In this document: positions 17,953 to 28,648 of the stretch, in pieces
How the letters are laid out: each line of letters begins with the position of its first letter
Numbering within the stretch: the stretch's first letter is position 1
DNA from: Longimicrobiales bacterium
GTDB taxonomy: Bacteria > Gemmatimonadota > Gemmatimonadetes > Longimicrobiales > Gaopeijiaceae
Length of the DNA stretch: 64,000 bases
Assembly: GCA_965202805.1 (NCBI GenBank)
Contig: OZ241869.1
Location: 992,001-1,056,000 of the forward strand
Direction: 5' to 3'
Program-made: the position numbers and the translations under genes
Notes under the pieces: generated by a model
Database searches by the model: none
The model's input: the letters and a program-made list of their open reading frames with translations, nothing else
What the model was told of the DNA's origin: nothing

Positions 17953-20379
17953 TTATCGCGCGGCCTCCCAGGCTTGCCGCATCCCCGGGAGCGCTTCGCG
18001 CAGGACCGCATCGATCCGGATGTACAGGCCCTGTATCCGCCGCTCCTTTTGCCCGGCCGTCAGGCTTCTGTCCATGCGGACCTGATCCCCTTCACGGCGA
18101 AGGCGCGACGCTTGCCGCTGAGCTCGCTCGCTTCGATTGTCCGCACGGCGGATGGCTGGCGGGATTCGAGCACGATTCCGTGAAGCCCCGGCGATCTGCC
18201 TGTCCAGCCAATCGGCCAGTTCATAGAATTCGTCGCTGGCTCGCGTGAACGTCCTCGGTCTTGTCGGTTGCAGGCTGTACACGCCGGTCAGCAGACGCGC
18301 GGTCTTCGGAAAAGGCTTGGGGCCGTTGCGCCTCGTATCCCACATGACTTGCTCGTCGAGTACCGCCACCACCGCGTTGCCAAGATGGCCCGTCCATCCC
18401 CGCACGAAGGTCTGGACGTGCAACGGCGACACGCTCAGCACCGATCCGACGGCCCGGTACGGCAGCGGAGTGCTGCGGTGGAAGTATCGTTCCTCAGCGG
18501 GCCAGTACATCATGTAGGCGGGGATGACTTCCTCCCCGAAGAAGTTGCGGTTGGTCCGGACTTCGACGAAGGGCTGTGCAACGGCCGGAATCCAACCCAC
18601 TGCCAGGTTGCCGTGAATCAACGACCAGACGAACTTCGGTCCCGCTTGGGTGCCGCTTCCGAACGTGAGGTCCAACGCCACTTCGGGCAGTTTCACGAAC
18701 ACGGCGCCGATTTGAAACGGAACCGGAATGCGGACGTCCGTGTCGCCCCAAGCATCGTATAGCGTCACCCAGGACGCTTTCTCGTAGTCGGTCTGATTCC
18801 GGTACTCGGCGCGCCGGGCATTCCAAAGATCGTTGTGCCACCACCCCGCTGCGGCCAGCAGCGACAGGCAGAGTCCCGACGCAAACGTCTTGGCGACGTG
18901 GCGCCTCCGCTCATGTCCCCACCGCGGCGCGCCCTTCGCGGCCCGCCGACGGAACCGGACGATCTGGTAGAGTTGATCGAAGCCCTGGATCGCGGCGTTC
19001 AGGAACGGCACGGTGTGGACGTACATTCGCCATCCCCGGGACGACCCGATGTTGGCGAAGTCCGCGGAGACCATGCGTGCGGCCCGGGCGGCCATGTAGT
19101 CCGTGGCGCCCGCCCTCCGAGCCCTCTGGAACTGATCGACCCGGGTACCCGCTTCGGCGATCCACGCGGGCCGTGTCAGCACGTAGACGAAGCGGGTCCA
19201 TCGTCGCCGAGTGATCCCACCCTGGATCGTGCCCCGGTTCTCGCCCCGCACGTCCCCCAGATGAACTTCCGATTCCACCAAGCCCGAGTAGAAGCCCCCT
19301 TGAAGCAGGTACTCGCGCATGCGGCGCGATCTCCCAGTGGCCAGATCGTGCATCGCGTGCAAGCCGCCAAAAAGCGTTCCCAAGAAGGGAAGCTGCCAGT
19401 ACCGGCCCGCCACGAAGCCTGCAAGCGTATCGCGGAAGAAGTTCTTGACGATGAACACCGGCATCGCGGTAATCATCGTCGAGACGGCCGTCTTGAAGGC
19501 GGCCAGGAATCGGATGAGTCCCGGCATCGGCGCCTCCGCGATGCTGCTCAGCATGGAGGCAAGCGCGTCGTCGCGGACCACGAAGCGTCTTCGTCTGCCC
19601 CGTACCACTGCCACGGTGGGACCGGCGCCATGTGTCTGGGTAGGACCGAGCGTTTCCGACGCGATACGGTTCCCATCGGGATGGCTCGTCACAGTATCGA
19701 ACAGTTCGCTACGGGCGCGACACGCGAGCGCGTTGTAGATGTTCCGGGCAAAGACGTTCCTGAGCGCGATGACCAGATCCCCGTCGAGCGCTTCCATCGC
19801 GTCATCATGTTCCGGTCGGTCCCGTAGAGAACCGTCGGCATTGCCGAAGGGCGCCAACACCGGGATGCCTTCCCTCCTGTAGCGCTCGGCTTCGGCCGCG
19901 GTCAGGTAGCGCATTTGGGTGTAGTAGAGCAGCATCGCGCGGTGAAGTCCGACGAGCCGGACCGCGAACTCGGCTACGTCGGGGTTCTCCGAGGCGTACC
20001 GGAGCAGACGGTGTTGCGCGGGCGAGAGCGGCTGCGCCGTGGCGCGGTGGTGATCGCCTCCGAACAATGCGGCGCAGTGGACGGCCTTCTCGAAATGGCT
20101 GTGGCCTTTCCTCGCGACCGGCTTGACGATGCTCCGCAGGCTATGCGTGTCCTCGACAGCCACTCGCCCGGTGCCGTCCGGCGACTCAGCGAACGCTCCG
20201 TAGCGCCAGATGTATTCAGCGAGGGATCTGGCGTGGTTGATGTCCTCGAAGCGGTAGCCCACGTCGTCGTTCCCAAACCACTCGCCTATCGTCTGTGCCG
20301 CGTGCCAGCGGTGAACGAAACGCGTGCGGATGGAGCGTAGGCGGCTGTCCGCAAGTCGCCCGATGCGCCGTGTACTCAT
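17953..20379 (-). CDS. LPD38-domain (large polyvalent protein / phage internal-protein C-terminal-like) protein
   Basis: KNFFRDT, ADFANIG, VPFLNAAIQG, RIPVPFQIGAVF..LPE, P..QPFVEV.TNRNFFG motifs recognised as LPD38-type. Confidence 0.7.
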   Translation of the reverse strand: MSTRRIGRLADSRLRSIRTRFVHRWHAAQTIGEWFGNDDVGYRFEDINHARSLAEYIWRYGAFAESPDGTGRVAVEDTHSLRSIVKPVARKGHSHFEKAVHCAALFGGDHHRATAQPLSPAQHRLLRYASENPDVAEFAVRLVGLHRAMLLYYTQMRYLTAAEAERYRREGIPVLAPFGNADGSLRDRPEHDDAMEALDGDLVIALRNVFARNIYNALACRARSELFDTVTSHPDGNRIASETLGPTQTHGAGPTVAVVRGRRRRFVVRDDALASMLSSIAEAPMPGLIRFLAAFKTAVSTMITAMPVFIVKNFFRDTLAGFVAGRYWQLPFLGTLFGGLHAMHDLATGRSRRMREYLLQGGFYSGLVESEVHLGDVRGENRGTIQGGITRRRWTRFVYVLTRPAWIAEAGTRVDQFQRARRAGATDYMAARAARMVSADFANIGSSRGWRMYVHTVPFLNAAIQGFDQLYQIVRFRRRAAKGAPRWGHERRRHVAKTFASGLCLSLLAAAGWWHNDLWNARRAEYRNQTDYEKASWVTLYDAWGDTDVRIPVPFQIGAVFVKLPEVALDLTFGSGTQAGPKFVWSLIHGNLAVGWIPAVAQPFVEVRTNRNFFGEEVIPAYMMYWPAEERYFHRSTPLPYRAVGSVLSVSPLHVQTFVRGWTGHLGNAVVAVLDEQVMWDTRRNGPKPFPKTARLLTGVYSLQPTRPRTFTRASDEFYELADWLDRQIAGASRNRARIPPAIRRADNRSERAQRQASRLRREGDQVRMDRSLTAGQKERRIQGLYIRIDAVLREALPGMRQAWEAAR

Positions 20380-21151
20380 GCCGTCCCGTGCGTCAAGTGA
20401 CCGTCACCATCAGCCAGTGAAGGGCGAGTCGGATGAGGGGGCACTGCATGTCGCCCCGCCCACTAGGAAATGCTCCCGGGCGGACGGGGTCCTTCAAGAT
20501 TCAACCCGATCTCCCAACAGCCGAGCGTGACGGACATATAACGTTGCTCGGCCCGCATCAAAAGGAGGCACATGGGACCCAGCCAGTTTCTCGCGCCCTC
20601 GATGGCTGTCAATTCGCGCCACGCGGCGGCGTCGGCCTAAGAGGCCATCGTGGGAGATGCAACCTTCCCCGACGGCCAAGCGCCGGATGTTCTCCCGCGG
20701 ACCACCGATTCACCGCCGGTCGAGGCCGTCGGTTTCGCAGGTGAGGTCTGGGGCGTGACCGGCGACCGCGTGGTCGGCGTTGCCACCGCTCCGGCGCCGG
20801 TCCCCCGGCCTCCGGGACGGGCTTCGCCCGTCCCTCCCGCCGGGTCGAGCCGCCGCGCCGACACCGACGGAAATCCCAAGGGTCTCAGGGAAGCGGAGCG
20901 TCCCTTGCCAGACCGCCGTGTTCAAACACGGCATCGGCTGGCTCTCCCGCCGCAGCGGCGTCTGTCCCCCTCCGTGTTCTCCTGCCTGAGGTCGATACCG
21001 CTGAACCGCTCCCGAAAACTCTCGGCGAGGGGGGAAAGCACCGTGCAACCGGGCGGCGGATCGACTGGGTAGACCGGCCTCGGTCACCTCGCTGTCCACA
21101 GGCCGTAACAGTCCGCGGCCATCGAGGAAACGCGGAGGATCGGAGCCAGCT

Positions 21152-22144
21152 TCACGGGTTTCGCCTCTCGCAGCGTCGCAGTTCCTCACGCCAAAATTCC
21201 GCCACCGCCGCCACGCCATCCGCGAAACCCGAAGCAAACGAGGGTTGCGCGAGTCGGTCCGCCAGATAGGAGGAGGGGCTATAAGAGGAGGAGTGTGGCA
21301 TCCATGCCGCCGCCACCGCCGCCGCGCTCGCGGCCCCGCTAACGAAGCCAGATGTGGCGTCCGCCACGTTTGGCTCCTCGCCCCGGCGAATCTCGTTGGT
21401 CCGTTCGATGGCGAGGGCTCCCGCCCACGCCGCCGCGTCATAGGCAATCCACCAAGCGACCGTCCGCGCCTTCGCCGCCGCCTCAAACTCCGCCCAGTCC
21501 GCCGCCGCCTCCGCCTCTTGTCTCGCGCTCATCGCCGCTTGCGCGGCCTCGAAGTATACAGAATCCCGGCGTGCCGATATGGCATTTCGCTTCACGAACG
21601 GTGAAAGTCCCTCCCATCGCGGCCCATACCTCGCCCGGGCCGCTGCCTCCGCCGCGCCCATATCTGCCGAAAACGCCTCCCACGCGTCCGCCTCCGTCTC
21701 TTCCGCCAACGCCCTCGCTTCTTCCGCCGCCCAGTACTCCCGCACTGCCTCCCACGCCGAATTCCTGGCCGCCCAGCTCCCATGCAGCGGCCTCATCACG
21801 CTCCCGGGTCCTAAGGTCGGGTCCGTAATCAGGTCCGCGATCCCTGTCAAACTCGCAGGCGCTCCCTCGGGGGCCGGTGCTAGGTCCGAGAGCCAAGCCG
21901 CTATTCTTCGGGGAAGTTCGCAAAGGTCCCTGTCCGGCAGGTCTTGGCCCGTGACGGCGACGGGGAGCACCAACAAGACCGCAAGCGTGATCGCCGTACG
22001 TCTTGCGGCCTCGGCTCTCAATGCCTTCGCCCACATCCGCGCTGCGCTGCGCTTCCCCCTAATAGGGCTCAAGGCCCGCGCCGCGCTTGCAGAGGCGTGG
22101 GCGCAAGACCCTGTGGACGCCGCCCTGTCGTTCGGTCCCGTCAT
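21152..22144 (-). CDS. Hypothetical Ala/Glu/Trp-rich helical protein with signal/TM segment
   Basis: 330-aa ORF, GGAGG SD, TAITLAVLLVLPVAVTGQ signal-like segment. Confidence 0.5.
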   Translation of the reverse strand: MTGPNDRAASTGSCAHASASAARALSPIRGKRSAARMWAKALRAEAARRTAITLAVLLVLPVAVTGQDLPDRDLCELPRRIAAWLSDLAPAPEGAPASLTGIADLITDPTLGPGSVMRPLHGSWAARNSAWEAVREYWAAEEARALAEETEADAWEAFSADMGAAEAAARARYGPRWEGLSPFVKRNAISARRDSVYFEAAQAAMSARQEAEAAADWAEFEAAAKARTVAWWIAYDAAAWAGALAIERTNEIRRGEEPNVADATSGFVSGAASAAAVAAAWMPHSSSYSPSSYLADRLAQPSFASGFADGVAAVAEFWREELRRCERRNP

Positions 22145-22444
22145 GCTGTCGCCTCCATGTACCGGGGGAGCGCGAGCGTGGCCCAGTCTGCCTCTGGGTT
22201 ACGTAGCCACCTCAGGCACGCACACCGCCGCGTCGGGCCACCGGGCCACCACGGCCAGCGCTGCTCTCTTGGCTGTCGCCGTCTTCCGTGCCTCATCCGC
22301 CTCCACCGCAGCCAAGATATCCGCATCCTCCACCCCAGCCGCCTCCAGCACCTCCCGCACTGAATCCGCCAGCCTCCTTGCCGAGGCCGCCTTCGCCTCC
22401 GCTCTCCACGCCTTTGCTAGGTCCCTCGCTTTACCATGGCTCAT
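22141..22444 (-). pseudogene. Small Ala-rich hypothetical protein, probably frameshifted near 22225
   Basis: 81-aa ORF (22199-22444) with SD; the alternative frame CLRWLRNPEADWATLALPRYMEATA ends in an ATGA overlap with the next gene. Confidence 0.35.
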
Positions 22445-22928
22445 TTGGCGGCCTCGTGCTCCTCAGGTGTGTCCGTTACGGGACCGGGACGTTCCGCCCC
22501 GCCTGGTCCGCTAAAACCTACCATCGTCCACGCGGCGTCGCCAACGAGTTGGCTGGAGCCGTTCCTCACGTCCAAACGCGCCAATTGGGTTGCCGCTCAA
22601 GCGGCTCCGATCCTTGGAAGTTCGGTCTCACGTCAACGATCACGGCGAGGACAACGAGGGCCGCGCGATCGCAGACCGAGGGGGCATGAACCAGCGTCGA
22701 GCGAAAGGAAGCTGGCTTGTGACGCGCCACGGCTTGCGACGGCAGTAAAGGGCGAAGGAAAGCCCTGACACGGGAGGCGGAAATAGTCCGAAGTCCCGCC
22801 ATCTGATACGGTTTCCCCGCCGTTTTAGCGCGCTGGAAGCAGACAATGGTGCAACGGCAAGAAACGCAGATCGTGCAGCCCTGATTGAACTTACGTGATC
22901 TCTTGCCGTGATTCGCGCCACCTGCAAC

Positions 22929-22947
22929 CCGCCATCCCGGCAGGATG
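22929..22947. repeat. att core, right copy (displaced 5' fragment of tRNA-Leu)
   Basis: CCGCCATCCCGGCAGGATG identical to 11575-11593. Confidence 0.88.
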
Positions 22948-22956
22948 GAGCGGTAT

Positions 22957-22985
22957 AAGCTACCCTGTAGCGCTTCGCCCGCAAA
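22957..22985 (-). promoter_or_regulatory. Putative native sigma70-type promoter of tRNA-Leu, now facing into the element
   Basis: Minus strand TTGCGG/TTTGCG-N16/17-TAGCTT ending about 15 nt before the tRNA 5' fragment. Confidence 0.45.
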
Positions 22986-23086
22986 ATGGGACTTGGCGCG
23001 GGTCTGCCGTCCTTGCAGGAGGTACGCCCAGGTCGACAAGGGACGCCGAGGCGGGGACGAGCGTCCGAGCGTAGCGCGGGAGCGAC

Positions 23087-23710
23087 TCAGAGTGCGACCT
23101 GGTCGCCCGCCGGCGTCTCCAGCACGGCAACCAGCCCCGCCCGCCCCACCGCCACTCCGAGCCCGACGCCGAGCCGATCCAGTTCGCGCCGCACCAACGC
23201 CGGATCGGGATGGCGCCCACTCAGCCGGACGAGGCGGACTCCCCGGTCGGGGAGTTGGGCACAGGGATGCGGGGTGTCACCCCAGTCGATGAAGAAGGGG
23301 ATGATGCCCTGCCGGGGAAGCGGCTTCCGGGGCATCGTGAGCGTCCAGGCGATGCGTTCGCCGCCGGGCCTGGTGCGGGACATGGGTCGCAGCGGACCCA
23401 GGAGGTGGCCGCCCGGACCGGCGGCCAGGCCGTCCAGATCGGCGGAACGGACCGCCCAGGTCACCAGCGCCGGCAGCGGGGCCTTGCCGCCGGTGAACCA
23501 GAGGCCGCCGGCCGGCGCCGGTTGCTCCGGGTCCGGACCCACGACCTCCAGGTAGATGCGGTCACCGATGCGCAACAGGCAGTTGCGCGTGCCGAGTCCC
23601 GGATGGCTGCCTCCGGGCGTCGGGTGTGCGCCGAGGCGTTCCTCGATGTCGCGCACCCCGGCCGCGAGGTCGGGAACCCCGTAGACGAGGTGGTCGGTTC
23701 CCGGGGGCAC
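23087..23710 (-). CDS. VOC/glyoxalase-like family protein; start uncertain
   Basis: DHLVYGVPDL, GGSHPGLGTRNCLL...YLEVVGPDPEQ, PFFIDWG..PHP. Confidence 0.85.
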   Translation of the reverse strand: MPPGTDHLVYGVPDLAAGVRDIEERLGAHPTPGGSHPGLGTRNCLLRIGDRIYLEVVGPDPEQPAPAGGLWFTGGKAPLPALVTWAVRSADLDGLAAGPGGHLLGPLRPMSRTRPGGERIAWTLTMPRKPLPRQGIIPFFIDWGDTPHPCAQLPDRGVRLVRLSGRHPDPALVRRELDRLGVGLGVAVGRAGLVAVLETPAGDQVAL

Positions 23711-23997
23711 CGGCTCATGACCAGGACGAGTCGCCACCCCGCGCGCACATTCGGAATCAGTCATTGATCGCGGGGTGGGAGGACGAGGTTGACGCATGGG
23801 GGTCCACGGCCGAGGGAAGGTTCGTCAACGTAGCACCGAACTGCGCTGTCCGGCGATGTGCGACAGGCGATGCCGGTACGATCATCGGCGACCCTCTGGT
23901 GAGCATCATCAGGAGGCGGGATGTTAGTTTGAGGTTGACGAGAATCCGTCGCCCCCGCGCGACGATGCGCCGGCTCCACGACCCAGGTAGCAGACCC

Positions 23998-26754
<2,757 letters not shown>

Positions 26755-26755
26755 C

Positions 26756-27544
26756 CTATCCCGCTTCGCGCGGGTCGGACGGGCGCTCGGAGGCCGGCGC
26801 GTCCAGAATCTCCTTGAGCACGAAGGCCCGCCGCAGCGAATCCCGGTCGCCGCCGCCGAAGAGCTCGCGGTAGAGCCGGGTGCGCCTGGGCGAGCGGCGC
26901 GTGGCACCCGGTGGGCCACCCGGCATGGGCACCAGTCCATCCCGATCCCGGTCGACGGCCGAGTCCCGCAAGGGCGCCGGTGCCCGGACGGCGGCAGCCG
27001 GCCGTGATCTTTCGTCCTGCCGAGCCGGCAATCGGCGGTCGCCGTCCGACTGTGGCCCATCGACTACCCGCCGCCGGCCGGGGCTCGGCACGCGCTCGTC
27101 CCGTGACCGCCCCCTGGCCTCGCCCCTCCGGCGCTCCTGGTCCGACGCTCGGCGGTCGCGGGCGATCGTCCTGCGCTCCTCGCGGCCGAGGGAGGACCCG
27201 CGACGCTCATCGGGCTCGGACGCCGCGGGCTCCGCCTCCGGTGTCTCCGGGGCGTCCTCCTCATCCTGTATTACACCCGTAATACCGGGCCCCATCAGCT
27301 TCTCGAGGTACCCCGGGCCCATGAGCTTCTCCAGCCCCACAAGCTCGCCCATGGCCTCGTCCGGCTCCTTCTTCCGCGCCCGGCCCTCTTCCGCCTGAGC
27401 CGGCGACGGCTCCGCACCCCACTCCTCGTCGCCCTCGTCCCCAGGGAGCGGCACCTGCTTCTGCTGGCCGCGGCGCGCCCTCGCGACGCTGTCGATGATG
27501 GACAGCGCCATAAAGATCAGGAAGAGGAGAAGTCCGGTGCTCAT
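26756..27544 (-). CDS. Hypothetical membrane-anchored protein (YqfB-like, third gene of the nfeD-floA operon)
   Basis: N-terminal TM, low-complexity middle, C-terminal SLRRAFVLKEILDAP motif. Confidence 0.6.
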   Translation of the reverse strand: MSTGLLLFLIFMALSIIDSVARARRGQQKQVPLPGDEGDEEWGAEPSPAQAEEGRARKKEPDEAMGELVGLEKLMGPGYLEKLMGPGITGVIQDEEDAPETPEAEPAASEPDERRGSSLGREERRTIARDRRASDQERRRGEARGRSRDERVPSPGRRRVVDGPQSDGDRRLPARQDERSRPAAAVRAPAPLRDSAVDRDRDGLVPMPGGPPGATRRSPRRTRLYRELFGGGDRDSLRRAFVLKEILDAPASERPSDPREAG

Positions 27545-27623
27545 GCTTTGTCGCGCATCCTGTGGCAGGAGCTCATCCGCCGCCGCCGTCGTCGAGCCAG
27601 AACCTCATCGGCCACCCTGCCGA

Positions 27624-28610
27624 CTACGCCAGGGGCTCGCCCGACCCGGTCTCGTCGTCGCCTGCGATGGAGTTCCGCATCGCGGTGTCCGCCTGCACGT
27701 TACGGTAGCGGATGTAATCCATCACTCCAAGGTTGCCGTCCCGGAAGGCGTCCGCCATGGCAAGCGGCACCTGCGCCTCGGCCTCCACCAGGTTGGCGCG
27801 CATCTCCTGCACCTTCGCGACGTTCTCCTGCTCGGAAGCCACCGCCATCGCGCGCCGCTCCTCGGCCCGGGCCTGGGCGACGCGCTTGTCGGCTTCGGCC
27901 TGGTCGGTCTGCAGCTCGGCGCCGATGTTCTTGCCCACGTCGACGTCCGCGATGTCGATGGAGAGGATCTCGAAGGCGGTCCCGGAGTCGAGCCCCTTGG
28001 CCAGCACCGCCTTGGAGATGCTGTCCGGGTTCTCCAGCACCGCCTGGTGCGTGTCCGACGAACCGATGCTGGAGACGATGCCTTCCCCGACGCGCGCGAC
28101 GATGGTCTCTTCGCCGGCGCCGCCGACCAGACGGTTGATGTTGGCGCGCACGGTCACGCGCGCGACCGCGATCAGCTGAATGCCGTCGCGCGCCATCGCC
28201 GCCACCCGGGGCGTGGTGATGACCTTGGGGTTGACCGAGACCTGGACCGCCTCGAAGACGTCACGGCCGGCCAGGTCGATCGCCGCGGCCTGGTTGAAGG
28301 AGAGTTCGATGTTGGCCTTGTCGGCGCTGATGAGCGCCGTCACCACGCGGTCCACCCGTCCGCCGGCGAGGTAGTGCGCTTCAAGGTCCGCGATGCGGAT
28401 GAAGAGCCCGGCCTTGGTGGCCCAGATGAGGGGCCGCACCACCGCGGGCGGAGGCACTTTGCGCAGGCGCATGCCGATCAGGTAGGTGATGCCCAGCCGC
28501 ACGCCGGCCGAGATGGCCTCGATCCACAGGCGCACGGGGACCGCCCACAGCACCATGAGGACGAGGACGATGATCAGAACCGGGAAAAACAGAGCGGCGA
28601 CGGCTTCCAT
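27624..28610 (-). CDS. floA: Flotillin-like protein FloA (YqfA)
   Basis: [48 protein letters not shown]. Confidence 0.93.
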   Translation of the reverse strand: MEAVAALFFPVLIIVLVLMVLWAVPVRLWIEAISAGVRLGITYLIGMRLRKVPPPAVVRPLIWATKAGLFIRIADLEAHYLAGGRVDRVVTALISADKANIELSFNQAAAIDLAGRDVFEAVQVSVNPKVITTPRVAAMARDGIQLIAVARVTVRANINRLVGGAGEETIVARVGEGIVSSIGSSDTHQAVLENPDSISKAVLAKGLDSGTAFEILSIDIADVDVGKNIGAELQTDQAEADKRVAQARAEERRAMAVASEQENVAKVQEMRANLVEAEAQVPLAMADAFRDGNLGVMDYIRYRNVQADTAMRNSIAGDDETGSGEPLA

Positions 28611-28648
28611 TGGATGTCATCCGTGTGGGGGCAGGGGAGGCTTGAGTA

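Larger units (their letters stand above)
11575..22947. mobile_element. Integrative mobilizable element (tyrosine integrase + MobC/relaxase + cargo) inserted at the 5' end of tRNA-Leu
   Basis: Exact 19-bp direct repeat at both ends, integrase next to one end, mobC/relaxase, orphan cargo; housekeeping genes resume on both sides. Confidence 0.88.

Noticed and set aside
14845..22444. Cargo as a classic conjugative leading-region early-expressed anti-defence set
   Set aside because: Cargo is oriented opposite to the relaxase, which does not fit the usual orientation for transcription from the incoming strand; the nick site is unverified
14620..22900. Integron cassette array, DGR or retron within the cargo
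   Set aside because: No repeated attC-like sites, no reverse transcriptase and no template/variable repeat pair seen
11575..22947. Prophage or phage-satellite interpretation of the island
   Set aside because: No capsid, terminase, portal, primase or AlpA-type genes recognised; mobC and relaxase indicate an IME
23760..23997. GAGGTTGACG repeats (23785, 23931) upstream of acnA as a riboswitch
   Set aside because: No recognisable aptamer consensus; compatible with ordinary -35-like TTGACG elements
27285..27335. LEKLMGPG duplicated in the YqfB-like protein
   Set aside because: Simple 27-bp in-frame duplication in a low-complexity linker
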